DNA of 64,000 nucleotides from Isurus oxyrinchus (GCA_026770705.1 JANJGN010000323.1:434001-498000); one strand, 5' to 3'; positions 1 through 14,039 are shown, numbered from the stretch's first letter. Numbers and translations: made by a program. The notes: generated by a model not told the origin, from the letters alone.

Positions 1-395
1 CCTCACTTAATAAACAGTTCCAATCTTTACCCAGAGAGAGGGGAGAATGTGGAACTCGCTCCCACAGGGAGTGGTTGAGGTGAACAGTATCAATGTACTT
101 AAGGGGCAGGAGGCTCGGTAACCAGAGGGACACAGATTGACGAACCGGAGGGGGAGATGAGGAGAATTTGTTTTGACAGAGCGAGTTGTTGTGATCTGGA
201 AGGTGCTGCCTGAAAGGGCGGTGGAAGCAGATTCAATAGGAACTTTCAAAAGGGAAATTGGATAAATACTTAAAGGAGGAAGATGGTGGCAAATTGGAAT
301 GGTGGTTATTGGATCTGATTGGATAGAACATTGAAAGACCTGGCACAGGCACAATGGACTGAATGGCCTCCTCCTGTGCTGTATCATTCTCCGTT
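1..395 (+). mobile_element. CR1-type LINE 3'-end fragments
   Basis: Reads FTQREGRMWNSLPQGVVE and ends with GAATGGCCTCCTCCTGTGCTGTAT, like the other CR1 3' ends in the window. Confidence 0.6.
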
Positions 396-1306
396 TCCAT
401 GATCTCTCCCCCAGTCAGTAACGACTCCAGATCCCTCTTGAAGGCGACAGAGAATCAGCAACCACCACACCCACTGACAGCACATTCCTGAGGATCACTA
501 CTCTTTGGGAAAAGATGAACTCCCCAACATCCAGCCTATTCCTGCTTCCCAGAGAGTGTAAACCCTTCAGGGAGGCACTGAGGAAGTTTTCAATAAAATG
601 ACATCAAATCTACCGTTTGAGAAATAATTGAATTCCAATGAACTCACAGCTTGTGGAGCAAACTGGGAAGTGGAGTTGCTTGAAAAGCTGGGAAACACAA
701 GGATTAAGTGCTACAATGCCACCACTGGTAGGAGAATGTAACTACAGCGTGATGTTTACATAGGCAATTCCCATTATGAACAAGGACATTGGACATCATG
801 TGAAATATGGGCACTGGAAAGGTGAGAACATGATGTAAGCTTTTCACCAACAGGAATTCTCCTCCTAAACCTCTCCACCTCTCTCTTACTCTCAAATACA
901 CAAAGAAAATCACACAAATCAGATAAGGAGGATTTGGGACCGGTGATTGTTCGAAGGGTGAGCTTTCAGGAAGCTTCTTAAAGGGAGAGAGAGAGTTGGA
1001 GAGGCAGAGAGTATCTGTGAGTGTCTCTATGCATCTGACTGTCTGTAATAGACTTTGTAATTTCCATATTCTTGCATAAATATGAATGGGAACACAAATC
1101 CCAGAATTCAGGCCAACTCTCCAGGGCAGTACTGAGGGAGGTCAGGTCGCCCACAGGGGAGTGTGTGTTAGTGTGTTTGTGTGTGAGTGTGTCTTTCTGT
1201 GTGGTCATATATGTGTGTCTGCATGTGTCTACTTAGATGTGTATGTTTGAGGGTGTTTGTGTCGTGTTCGAATCTGCGAGAGATGTTGAAGTCTGTGTAC
1301 ACTCAC

Positions 1307-4234
1307 GTTCCACAGTGATGGTTATGAATCCCTCCACTGCTCCATGTTCATTCTCTGCCACACAATGATGTCTCCAGTGTCCCTGGATGTAATGTGAGGA
1401 ATCACCAACCACAGCTCATTGTTGGAAGTTGTTCTGTTCATTGGGACATTAAGATGTCAGGGCAGGAATCAAGAAGCCCGTTCACAGGATTACCAACAGA
1501 AAGTGAACAACAATTTATACTTAATGGGAAGAGAGTGCTGATTGGTTGACAAGTGGTCTCTGATAGGTGGAGGTGTTGCCATGGAGAATGGTGTGTGCGA
1601 GATGTAAAGTTTAGACAGCTTGTCTCTTCATTCAGCAATAATCAAATAAAGATCAATTAACTTCTATCGACTTTGAAGCACTTAGAGAGGCCTTAGAATG
1701 TGGATACTGAGAATGGGCTGCACTGTCAGAGGGTCAGTGCTGAGGGAGTGCTGATGTAGCATGAAAGGTGTATGTAATTACCTTGCACAGTTAGTACGAG
1801 GGTCCGCTCCGATGAAACAGATGGATATCTCACTCTGCAGCTGAGAGTGTGTCCGTGGTGTTTGAGTGATGGGATCAGGGTCAGAACAGAAGTATAGGTC
1901 AGAGTGACACCATGCTGAGTTACAGTGTATGAGACTGATCCAGGGACGTCAGTGGGAGTGTCCCAGGTTAAGACAGGTGCTGCTGTTCCATTGCACGTTG
2001 TGTTGAAGGTGCAGCTTACATCCATACGCTTTCCTGCAATAATTTCAGCAGGGAATATCATGGGTTTATCTGTGAAATCTAACAGACAGAGAATGGATCC
2101 TTTTAGAGAAATATAACATGAAGCATCAGTTCAAATAGAAACCACAGTCCCACAAGAGAAAGCACTTTTACAAGGATGATATCAGAACTGAGAGGTTACA
2201 ATGATCAGGAAAGATTTTCTTGCTCTTTGGCAGTAGTGTTTCTGTCTCTCAGCTTAATACACGTTCACTCCGAGACATGTGAATTGAGAACACTGGATGA
2301 GAGAAGAGGCTCAGACCAGAGATTGGAGTTAAAAGCAGAATACTGCGGATGCTGGAAATCTGAAACAAAAACAAAAATTGCTGGAAAGACTCAGCAGGTC
2401 TGACAGTATCAGTGGAGAGGAAGACAGGGTTAACGTTTCGAGTCCGTATGACTCTTCATCAGACCAGAGGTTTGAGTTCACTGGCTTCTAATTTCCTCAG
2501 TGATCTGGGTGATTTATCACCTTGTGGTTTGTTGGATCTTGCTGTGCACAAACTGCCTGCTGTGTTTTACATCTGTGACTACAATTCAGGAATAATTTCA
2601 TTGGCTGTGAAGGGATTTGGATCCTCCTGAGGTGGTAAATTGCGCTGCAGAAATGCACATCTTTCTTTTATCGATACGTCAGACTTTTAAACAGGACAGG
2701 AGAGATTGATGGGAATGGATAACCTGATAATACAGTTAATGCTTTTCATCATTGATATTAAAGTGAGTATTAGAGGTTGCTTTAGGACTGAACTGGAAGC
2801 TATCACCAGGTTATTGAGAATCAGACAGTGTGTTATAATAAGCTGTGTTTTGTGTTAATATGTAAACGTCACAGTTAGTGTTATTTCCCATTGAGTGTTG
2901 AATGTGAATTGTTGAGTAATTATAACACAGCACTTACCAGAAACGTGAAGCCGGGTTACAGGGTAATATAAATGTCAATATTTAACTCTGGATGGTTTGT
3001 CAATCCACTAGACTTGATATCCACTCCCTCCATCACTGGGGCACAGTGGCTGCAGTGTGGACTAACTACAGGACACACAAGGAACACCCCAAGGTTTCAC
3101 AATGGATGGAAGAGAATCCTGGACACAGGAGTGGACAAGTTCATTCTACATTGGCTCATGGTCCTCAGGACTCTGTTTACTGAAGCCAGTCTTCCACCCA
3201 ACACAGTGTCTACAAGATACACAGGGAAACTGTGTAAACATCTCATCTCTCTACACCGACTGGTTTGGCTTCGGTTTAACTTTCAGTTATTTTACTTCCT
3301 TATTGTGGTTGCTATGGTGAAACTGTGCAGGAAGTGTGAGGGCTGGACTCTCTGTCTATTCTGACTGCAGCTGTGATGTGGTCGTGGTGATTCTCAGTAA
3401 AATGAAACCCTCTGATCTCCTCCATCGCCGAGGTTTAGGGAGTGAATTCCAGAGCTCAGGCCCCAGGCAGCTGAAGGCACGGCCGCCACTATTGGAGTGA
3501 TGGGAATCGGGGGATGGTCAAGAGGCCGGAATTGGAGTAACACAGAGATCTGGGAAGTTGTTTGGTTGAGTTGCAGGACGTTACAGAGATAAAGAGATAA
3601 GAATGATCTTTTACAAAAACTGTTAAACATAAATCTGTCCATACTGACGATGATATTACCTTGGAGAAGTGACAGGAGGAAGTAAGATTTCCCGATCATC
3701 GTCCACTCCCAGATATTCCATCCACTTCTCACTCTCAAGCTGTGAAAGAGAAAGGAGTTAATGAGACCTCACCTCTTGTCCGACAGCTCTCGAGAGATCA
3801 GAACTGCTTTTAGACAATGTCTTCACAGAATAGTTTGATTCTCTGTGGGATGATAGGTGCTCTGCAGAGAGTTACAAGGCTTTAAGAAAGAAAATCAATG
3901 AAGGATTTGCATTTCTATCGCACCTTTCACCACCTCAGGATGTCCCAAAGCTCATGTCTCTGCACTTCCCTCATCCCTTGAGCTAGAAAGATGTTCTGTA
4001 CAACAGACTTGAGCCTCACACCCAGATCTCAATAATCAGTAGAAATCTTTCAAAGGCATCAATCATTGGAATCTGTCTTTATAAAGTCACAACATCAACA
4101 AAGGACGGTGTTGGTCGTGGAAGTGAATTCCAATCGTTCCGTTACTTACCCAGGACCTGTCCGACTGCTCGCCTGGGGAGGAACTGCCCACACGCTCTGC
4201 TTGGGCTGAATGACCTCTTCCTGTGCTGCCCCCT
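1307..4234 (-). pseudogene. Siglec-like gene A remnant: exon 1 4150-4234, leader 3660-3699, V remnant 2938-2968, C2 1782-2078, D3 remnant 1307-1458
   Basis: The V exon is deleted except for its last 30 nt or so and the donor. D3 is 5'-truncated with a 1-nt deletion. The C2 exon is still open. Confidence 0.8.
1782..2078 (-). CDS. Open C2-set exon within gene A remnant
   Basis: 297 nt, near-identical to 22568-22864. Confidence 0.6.
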
Positions 4235-6644
4235 CTGTGTATTTAGTGAGAAAGGGTTGATGTGTCTCTGTGAGACAAAATGAGGAAGTTGGATCAAAGT
4301 GACAGAGCAGCTCATGTTTTGAGATGTTGGTGAACTTTGTGTCCTGACCCTGTGGTGATATTTCTGCTCACAGGTGGACAGTCATTGACCAGGAGTTTCT
4401 CCTGTGGGTCAGTGGGTTTCACAGCCAAATTCAGGGGGTCAGAATGTTGTGGGATTCAAGACCCGATTCAGGGGACGTCTGCCCCACAGAGTAGACTGAA
4501 ACTCCCCAGTGTCAGTACTGAGCAAGTGCTGCACTGTCGGATGGTCATTACTGAGCGAGTGTTGCACTATTGTAAGGTCAGTACTGAGGGAGATCTCCAC
4601 TGTTTGAGGGTCAGTACTGACGAGTGCTGCACTGTCAGAGGGACATTAATCAGGGAGTGCTGCAATGTTGGAGGATCAGTACTGAGGGAGTGCTGCACTG
4701 TTGGAGGGTCAGTATTAAGGTGCTGATTTACAAGACAGGACAATGGATTAGGAGCCCTCAGAACTCCCCCCATTATCACCGTCATGAATCACTAATCAGC
4801 CTAACATTCCTGTTTGCTCTTCAACACAGCTGATTAGCTAATCTGATTCAATCTGATTGGTGCACTTTGTATGTTCATTGTCTAAGGAATCTCTTTGGAT
4901 CCTCATTGTCTAAGGAATCTCTTTGGATCCTCATGTCTAAGGAATCTTTTTGGATCCTCATTGTCTAAGGAATCTCTTTGGATCCTCATTGTCTAAGGGA
5001 TTATTTCTGATCCAAACCCCATATTGTTGTATTGTTGATTCCGATGCAGCATTGTAGACTGACTTGTCCCCAAGCTCAGCACTGACCCTACTCCAGCAGA
5101 CACTGTGAAACACACTAACAAAGTGCCTCTAGCCTGAGCTCTGCATGTGTCGAGAGAAAGACAAATATGCAAACTGAATATTGACACCTTTACACACAGA
5201 CAGCTTTACCTTCCTTCTCTCTTTCAGTTATCTTGCTCTCTTCTTGAAGTTTCTAGCAAGGTGAGAATGGACAGGAAGTGTGACACTGAACAGCCTGTCT
5301 ATTCTAGGAGCTGCTGTGTTGTCTTCATGGGAAATTCTGATTAAAATCAGCAAAAGACACAAATTTCATTCCTTTGCTATCGGAGTCCAAGCATCAGGAT
5401 AGACTTCATCCCCCAGTATTTATCACTGTTTCTCAATTCAACACCTCACGCCTTCCGCCACTCGCTGACCTGCACTGGCTCCCAGTCCAGCAGAGCCTCG
5501 AGTTTAAGATTCTCATCCTCAATTTCCATTCCCTCCATTCCTCTTCTCCAATCACTTTCTCCTCCAACCATGCAAACCTCAAAGTCCTCTGCTATCCTCC
5601 AATTCTGCTGTCAGACAGGGAGTCAGTGTATATCAGTGAGCACAGGGGTGATGGGTGAATGGGACTTGGTGTGAGTTTGTACACTGGCTCACTGCTGAAT
5701 CTGTTCCCAATCAGAGCTCAATAAGAATTATGTTTTACAAAGATGATTAGCCATAAATCTGTCCGAGCTGACAATGATATTACCTTGGAGAAGTGACAGG
5801 AGGAAGTAAGATTTCCTGATCATTGTCCACTCCCAGGTATTTCATTGGTTCTCAAGCTGTGAAAGAGAAAGGAGTTAATGAGACCTCACCTCTTGTCTGA
5901 CACCTCTCGAGAGATCAGAACTGCTTTTAGACAATGTCTTCACAGACTAATTTCATTCTCTGTGGGATGATATGTGCTCTGCAGAGAGTTACAAGGCTTT
6001 AAGAAAGTAAAACAATGAAGGACTTGCATTTCTATATCGCCTTTCACCTGCTCAGGACATCCCAAAGCTCATGTCCCTGCTCTTCCCTCATCCCTTGAGC
6101 TAGAAAAATGTTCTGTACAACAGACTTGAGCCTCACACCCAGATCTCAATAATCAGTAGAAATCTTTCAAAGGCATCAGTTATTGGAATCTGTCTTTATA
6201 AAGTCACAACATCAACAAAGGATGGTGTTGGTCGTGGAAGTGAATTCCAATCGTTCCCTTACTTACCCAGGACCTGTCCGACTGCTCGCCTGGGGAGGAA
6301 CTGCCCACACGCTCTGCTTGGCCTGAATGACCTCTTCCTGTGCTGCTCCCTATTTGTGTTTAATTAGAAAGGGCTGATGTGTCACTGTGAGTAAAATCAG
6401 GAATTGGGGAACAATTGTGAAAACCCTTTCACTGAAACGTAGGGCCTTAGTGTTGTGTTGTAAACAAACTGTTAACCCTTTGTGTCCTGACTCTGTGACG
6501 TGATTCCTGTGTAAAGCTGAGCAGTTGGTGAGCGAGTTGCAATTCACTGCTCACTCCAGGTGTTGAGGTGGATCTTCTGAAGGAGCAGATGTTGCTCAGC
6601 GCTCCTTAAAAATGTGAGATACTGAACATTGTGTAAGAGGACGA

Positions 6645-6955
6645 GAGAGAGAATGAGAAGGAGAGCATTAGTGGAGATTGGAGAGAGAGTGAATGAGAGA
6701 GAGAATGAGAAGGAGAGCATTAGCGGAGATAGGAGAGAGAGTGAATGAGAGAGAGAATGAGAAGGAGAGAATTAGTGGAGATAAGAGAGAGAGTGAATGA
6801 GAGAGAGAATGAGAAGGAGAGCATTAGTGGAGATTGGAGAGAGAGTGAATGAGAGAGAGAATGAGAAGGAGAGCATTAGCGGAGATAGGAGAGAGAGTGA
6901 ATGAGAGAGAGAATGAGAAGGCGAGCATTAGTGGAGATAAGAGAGAGTGAATGAA
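6645..6955. repeat. GA-rich tandem repeat of about 52 bp
   Basis: About 6 units here versus about 2 in the inverted paralog near 27220-27325. Confidence 0.8.
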
Positions 6956-7589
6956 ACATGGAAAAAGGAAAGAGATTGCATTCACTAACAAAAGAAAGGT
7001 TTTCATTTATATAGCACATTTCACATCCTCAGTAGGTCACAAGGTATCTTATGGTCCGGGTCAACACTGCCTGTTACAGGACTGAGTTGTCAAACAGGGA
7101 GTGTAGGATGAGATGTAAAATACTGATTGAACATCAAAGCTCTTCAGGGGCTGTGAAGGGTTTGGGATTGTAAAAGGTGCTATAGAAATGCAAGTTCTTT
7201 CTATAAGGGGAGAAGTTTGAAGAAAACATTTTCGAAAACAACCAATTAAACCTTCACACTTACTTTCTCACACACTTGAAGATGAAGAATCCACTCAGTC
7301 CAACACTCAAACAGATTCCAGCTCCAAGCAATCCTGCTTTCCATTCATTGGAATCTCGCCCTGTAAAATCAGCCAATGAATGACTCCGGTACAGTTTGAG
7401 AATGGTTCCCTATGTACATGTAGTAATTCTGAACTTGTGAAGTGATATTGTCTATGCATGAAAGGTCTATACAAATAACATTTATCTATGTAATATTTAT
7501 TGATAATATCCATGTACATGCAGGTTTCTATAAGGAGGATTCACATATAACAGAGGTGCCAAGCTGCTGAGGTGACACACAGGACTACA

Positions 7590-8600
7590 TACACACCAAA
7601 CAGCGGAAACAACATGCTATAGACAGAGCAAAATGATCCCACAACTAACGGGTCAGATCTAAGCTCTGCAGTCCTGCCACATCCAGTCATGAATGGTGAT
7701 GGACAATTAAAGATCTAACAGGAGGAGGATGTTCCACAAATATCCCCATCCTTAATGATGGGGGAGCTCAGCACATCAGTGCAAACGACAAGGCTGAAGC
7801 ATTGGCAACCATGTTCAGCCAGAAGTGCTGAGTGGATGCTCCATCTCGGCCTCCTCCAGAGGGTCCCAGCATCACAGATGTCAGCTTTCAGACAATTCGA
7901 TTGACTCCACGTGACATCAGGAATCAGCTGATGATACTGGATACAGCAAAGGCTATTGGCCCTGGCAATCACCTGGCAACAGGAAATAATGTGGCTACAA
8001 GAGCGGGTCAGAGGCTGGGAACTCTGCGGTGAGTAACTCACCTCCTGACTCTCCAAAGCCTGTCCACCATCAACAAGGCACAAGTCAGGAGTGTGATGGA
8101 ATAATCTCCAATTGCCTGAATAAGTGCAGCTCCAACAACACTCAAGAACCTCAACACCATCCAGGAGCAGCTTGTTTGATCGACAGCCCATCCACCAGCA
8201 TAAACATTCATACCCTCCACCACTGGCACACAATGGCAGCAGTGTGCACCATCTACAAGATGCGCTGCAGCAACACACCAATGCTCCTTCGACAGTACCT
8301 TCCAAAATCTTAACCTCTTCCACCAAGACAGTTCCAAGTCAGTATGGTGTGTGACTTGGAGGTGAACTTGAGGTGGTGGTCTGCCCTGGGACTTGGAACC
8401 ACATCGGCCGTTCCTTCACCGTCACTGGGACAAAATCCTGGAACTCCCTCCCTAACAGCACTGTGGGTGTACCTACACCACAGGGAATGTAGTGGTTAAA
8501 GAAGGCAACTCACCACCACCTTCTCAAGGGGCAGTTACAGATGGGCAATAATTTCTGGCCTTGTCAACAATGCCCACATCCCATGAGCTAACAACAAGAG
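7590..8600 (+). mobile_element. Degenerate non-LTR retrotransposon (CR1-group) fragment
   Basis: ORF2-like pieces (LDTAKAIGP, KAQVRSVME) and the family 3' tail. Inverted copy at 25590-26590. Confidence 0.65.
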
Positions 8601-9599
8601 AACGTTCAATTCTGTGTAACTCACGTTCTACAGAGATGGATATAAATCCCTCCAACGCTCCACGTTCATTCTCTGCCACACACTGATATTGGTGCAGCAC
8701 TCATTTAATTCATGTCGTTGTTTCAATGCTACAAAACCACAGTGCATTCTGGACTATTTCTGCCTGACCTGCTGTCAGATACACACAGTCTGACAGAGAG
8801 GAGGAAAAGTGGTCCCTAGCAACGTGTGAAACTGTGAACTCANNNNNNNNNNNNNNNNNNNNNNNNNNNNNNNNNNNNNNNNNNNNNNNNNNNNNNNNNN
8901 NNNNNNNNNNNNNNNNNNNNNNNNNNNNNNNNNNNNNNNNNNNNNNNNNNNNNNNNNNNNNNNNNNNNNNNNNNNACACACTCTTTTGCACAAACACTTT
9001 CTCTTTCACGCACACACATACACACACACACTCTCTCACACACATGTTCTCTCTCACTCCCTCTCTCAAATGCACAATCTCCCTCTCTCGCAAACACACA
9101 CACCCTCTCTCAAACACACACACACACGATCTCACACACACACTCTCACATACACAAACACACTATCACATACACGCTCTTTCACAAACGCACTATCTCA
9201 CGCACACATTCTCTCATTATCTTTATCTCTCACAGATAAACTCACTCTCACTCTCACATACACAAACACTCTCTCACAGACACACACTCTCTTTTGCACA
9301 CACACTATCTCACACGCACATTCTCTCTATCTTTCTCTCTCACACATAAATTCTCTCTCACTCTCACAGACGTTCTCTTTCTCTCACACACACTCTCTCT
9401 CTCACACACACAAGCTACCTCCCTCTCTCATGCACACACACTCTAACTCTCTTTTGCTCCCTCACACATACACACTCTCAGTCTCTCACACATACATTGT
9501 CTCTCTCTCTCACACAAACGCACTCTCTCTCTCCGAGATGGAAGGTTGGGATTTTGAGACCATCTCAAGGTTTCAGCTCAAAATGCGGATGGACTCGCC

Positions 9600-10430
9600 C
9601 CAGTGAGGGAGTGCTGAGGGAGTGCTGCACTGTTGGAAGATCAGTACTGAGGGAGTGCTCACTGTCGGAGGGTCAGTACTGAGGGAGTGCTTCACTCCCA
9701 GAGGGTCGGTACTGAGGGAGTGCTGCACTCCCAGAGGGTCAGTACTGAGGGAGTGCCACACTGTCAAAGGGTCAGTGCTGAGGGAGTGCTGCACTTATGG
9801 AGGGTGAGTGTTGAGGAATTGCTGCACTGTCAGACGGTCAGTGCTAAGGGAGTGCTGTACTGTCAGAGGGTGAGCACTGAGGGAGTGCTGCACTGTCAGA
9901 GGGTGAGCACTGAGGGAGTGCTGCACTGTCAGAGGGTGAGCACTGAGGGAGTGCTGCACTGTCAGAGGGTCAGTACTGAGGGAGTGCTGCACTGTCGGAG
10001 GGTCAGCACTGAGGGATTGCTGCACTCCCAGAGGGTCAGTACTGAGGGAGTGCTGCACTCCCAGAGGGTCGGTACTGAGGGAGTGCTGCACTATTGGAGG
10101 GTGAGCATTGAGGAATTGCTGCACTGTCAGACGGTCAGTGCTAAGGGAGTGCTGCACTGTCAGAGGGTGAGCACTGAGGGAGTGCTGCACTGTCAGAGGG
10201 TCAGTACTGAGGGAATGCTGCATTGTCAGAGGATCAGTGATGAGGGAGTGCTGCACTGTCGGAGGGTGAGCACTGAGGGAATGCTGCACAGTCAGAGGGT
10301 CAGTGATGCGGGAGTGCTGCACTGTCAGAGGGTGAGCACTGAGAGAGTGCTGCACTGTCAGACGGTCAGTGATGAGGCAGTGCTGCACTGTCAGAGGGTG
10401 GGCACTGAGGGAATGCTGCACTGTCAGACC
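9600..10430. repeat. 30-bp minisatellite (GGTCAGTACTGAGGGAGTGCTGCACTGTC..); also at about 4505-4720, 18495-18720, 23085-23870, 24765-25190, 52130-52215 and 62135-62197
   Basis: Direct tandem repeats; they explain the repetitive pseudo-ORFs in the ORF track. Confidence 0.9.
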
Positions 10431-10609
10431 TGCCATATTTCAGATGATGTTTGAAATTAGCAACATGCCTCATGTATAATTATATATCATCAGCTCAAAA
10501 TAGATTATTCCTGTACGTTTCACTATGCTGTAAATTGTTTGCAGTTTCAGTTCCTTAGAAACCAGGCTTGTGTGATCACTATTTTTAAATAACATTTATA
10601 ATAAAGATG

Positions 10610-10907
10610 NNNNNNNNNNNNNNNNNNNNNNNNNNNNNNNNNNNNNNNNNNNNNNNNNNNNNNNNNNNNNNNNNNNNNNNNNNNNNNNNNNNNNNNNNNN
10701 NNNNNNNNNNNNNNNNNNNNNNNNNNNNNNNNNNNNNNNNNNNNNNNNNNNNNNNNNNNNNNNNNNNNNNNNNNNNNNNNNNNNNNNNNNNNNNNNNNNN
10801 NNNNNNNNNNNNNNNNNNNNNNNNNNNNNNNNNNNNNNNNNNNNNNNNNNNNNNNNNNNNNNNNNNNNNNNNNNNNNNNNNNNNNNNNNNNNNNNNNNNN
10901 NNNNNNN
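10610..10907. other. Assembly gap; other gaps at 8843-8975, 13149-13343 and 45519-45768
   Basis: N runs. Confidence 1.
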
Positions 10908-10909
10908 TT

Positions 10910-13050
10910 AGAGTCCAATAACAATGTAAAAGAATATATGATTAATACCTTTGCTTGTCTTTGAGAAATACATTGTTGACGTTTGCATCTGTTCAAAGTT
11001 AATTGGTTTCCTGTGTCATCCTGGTGGTGATTTGATTCAGATTTGCACTTTGTTGAAGATGCTCTGTTAGCTTCAGAAAGAGAGAGAGAGGGAGAATTTC
11101 TGCTTTTTTCCAGCAGTGTTTTTGAGTGACTGCCATCTTTCTTTTTCCTCCTACTTTCTCTTATATCTGCTTGACAGAACCTGTTGTTAAACTCCTGTCT
11201 GTATATTCCCAAAGGGAATTCGATCAGCATGTCTTGCATTCATAGTTGCAGACCAAGTAATCCCTTTTTTGATCTTTGCATCTCTGAAACATTTGATGCT
11301 TTTCAAGATATAAATCTACAGGAGATGGAGGCATTTCATCCTCCACAAGGGGTTTTGAATGATTGATGAATATCTGCATGGTGAGCAGTTCCCATTACCT
11401 TGATAGACCTACAGTGATCAAAGTCCAGCGCTTTGCATTTTTAAGGGAACCCCTGTTTCAAGTGGACCCTGACACACCTCAGTGAGAACTTTCATGCAAC
11501 ATGTCTGTAGTGCAATTCATTTGAAGCTTTCCAGAGAAGTGATCAAGTTTGCAGTATCAGCAATCAGGTGACTCATGACAGCCATTTTTGATCAGAGCCT
11601 AATCTTGTACTTTTAAAAAACAGGTCTCCTTTAAACAGTTCAATACGTTTTTGGCTCGTTGGTTAAGTTGAAGGAAGCTCTGTTATGACATAACAGATGG
11701 TAAATGCTGAGCTGTTCAAATCCTGGAGGGAAACTTGAAACAACTGTCACAACTAATTTCCAACTTGTATGTTTTGAGATGTGGGCTTTGAATTCAGTAG
11801 TAATGAGGTTAAGAGGTTTAACAGGTAATTATGGTTGGTTGAAAGAAAGGGTTTAAAATATATTTTCCCCCAAATGCAATTTGCAAAACAAGTGTCTTTG
11901 GTTGTTAAGAATGAACCAATTAAACCATGTTTGGTTGAGTCAAAGAAAGAGTCAGTTTATTAGTTACCTAACTGGAGAAAAAATAATAAAAATGGGACAC
12001 ATTTTAATTTTTTAATTACACACACATACACACACTCACACAGACAGGTGCACAGACACACACACAGACAGGCTGACACGCACACACAGGCAAATGCACA
12101 CACACAGACACGCTCACACAGACACAACACACACACACACAGACAGGCACACACACACACACAAACAGACACACAGGCACACACAAACAGACACACACAT
12201 AAACATACACACAGATATCAGAGGTAAAATAATTATAGAGTCCAATAAAAAATTAAGAGTCATTTGCTTGTACTGCAGCTTAGGCTGTGAAGTTTGAAGC
12301 TGTTTTAAATTAGTTGGTTTTCAGCAGATTCCTGTATTTCATCTGGCTCAGACTTGCACGTTGTTGAAGACTGTCTGTTAGCTTCAGACAGAGAGAGACA
12401 GAGAGAGAGACAGAGATGGACAGAACGAGAGGGAGGGAGAAGTCATTTCTGCTCTTTTCCAGCAGTGTTTGTGGAAGACTGTCATATTTCTTTTTCCTCC
12501 TCCTTTCTCTTATATCTGCTTGGCAGAACCATTTGTTTGACTCCTGTCTGTATATTCCTGAAGGGAATTCAATCAGCATGTTTTGCATTCATTGTTATAG
12601 ACCAAGTATTCCCATTTTTTATCTTTGCATCTCCAAAACATTTGATGCATTTCAAGATATAAATCAACAAGAGACGGGGGTATTGCATCCTCCACAGGGA
12701 GTTTTGAATGGCTGATGATTATCCGCTTGGTGAGCAGTTCCTACTGTTTTGATAGAACTACAGCTGATCAAAGTCCAGCACTTTGCATTTTAATGCCTTC
12801 CTTTTAAGAGTGTCCCTGTTTGAAGTGAACCCTGACACACACCAGGCATGAACTTCCATGCAACAGGTCTGCATTGCAATTCATTTGAACCTTTCCAGAG
12901 AAGTGATCAACTTCACAGTATCAGCAATCAGATGACTTGTGTCAGCCATTTTGATCTGTGTACAATCTTGTATTTCTTTGAAAAACAAGTCACTTTCAGA
13001 CAGTTCAATATGTCTTTGGTCTGTTAGTTAAGTTGTAGGAAGCTCTTAAT
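10910..13050. repeat. Diverged direct duplication (about 10910-11680 versus 12235-13045) of an LTR-like non-coding element
   Basis: Both copies start TAGAGTCCAATA and are colinear through GGAAGCTCT. Confidence 0.65.
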
Positions 13051-14039
13051 CGCAGTTTGCTGTCAGGATATTTGTGTGTGTGTTTGCCTGTGTGTGAGTG
13101 AGTGTGTGTGTGTAAGTATGTGTGTATGTGTGTATGTGTGTCTGTCTGNNNNNNNNNNNNNNNNNNNNNNNNNNNNNNNNNNNNNNNNNNNNNNNNNNNN
13201 NNNNNNNNNNNNNNNNNNNNNNNNNNNNNNNNNNNNNNNNNNNNNNNNNNNNNNNNNNNNNNNNNNNNNNNNNNNNNNNNNNNNNNNNNNNNNNNNNNNN
13301 NNNNNNNNNNNNNNNNNNNNNNNNNNNNNNNNNNNNNNNNNNNAACCTCCCTGAGTGTGGCCGGTGTGTTTAACATTTAAGCCACACAGACAGGATGTGG
13401 TTAAAAGGTGAAACCACAAGGAGTGAGTGTGTTTCCCGGTGACTGTCTCTCTGTGGGTTTCCTGTGGGTTTCTGTGAACTGCCTGTGGTTTTAAAAATAA
13501 TCTTCCAACCCCACATGCACGGCATCAAATAAGGATTTGGAAGCTGCAGCTCAGAGAGTAACTAGTCCCCCGAGAATTCACAGCCCCTCAAACACAGATT
13601 AACAGCATTAATCCTGACCGTCAGCCCACTCACTCATTGCCTCTTGTCTCAGACACTAGAAAGTGGAAGTTAAGGCCGGATTTTCACTCCCGGGTCGGGG
13701 GACACAGAGACGGCAGGAAAAAATAACAAAATATGTCTCGAGCACACAGAGCTCCAAGGGAAGGGTCGTGCTGCAGCTAAGGTGTGAGACATGGCACATT
13801 CCCCGGATGCAGCATTGAGGCTTGTATGTCTACACAGCTGATGTAGGTGCACATGGAACACATGTGAATGAGCACTGTGATGCACACACACCCTGGAGAG
13901 TAATATCCCTCCATGCACTACATATCAGGCTAACATCAACTCATGTTGTCATTGCTGACTCACAGGGTTGAAGCAGGTCACAGAGACGGCTGCGTCTGGG
14001 GTTGGGCCAGCCTCCCTGAGACTCACCGTCCTAACATTT

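Larger units (their letters stand above)
5784..8690 (-). pseudogene. Minus-strand debris: D3 3' end 8625-about 8690, type-B TM exon 7264-7360, 85-nt module 6267-6351, extra leader exon 5784-5823
   Basis: Inverted near-copy of 25540-27860 that then continues into a leader exon with no V exon of its own. Confidence 0.75.

Noticed and set aside
8986-9606. His/Thr-rich and Cys/Val-rich ORFs here and at 12, 45, 62 and 63 kb
   Set aside because: Translations of CA/CT microsatellite-like tracts, some spanning N gaps.
9687-10454. 255-aa ORF of EGVLHCQRVST repeats, and similar ORFs at 18.5, 23 and 24.7 kb
   Set aside because: Translation of a 30-bp minisatellite that is open in several frames on both strands; not a zinc finger or repeat protein.
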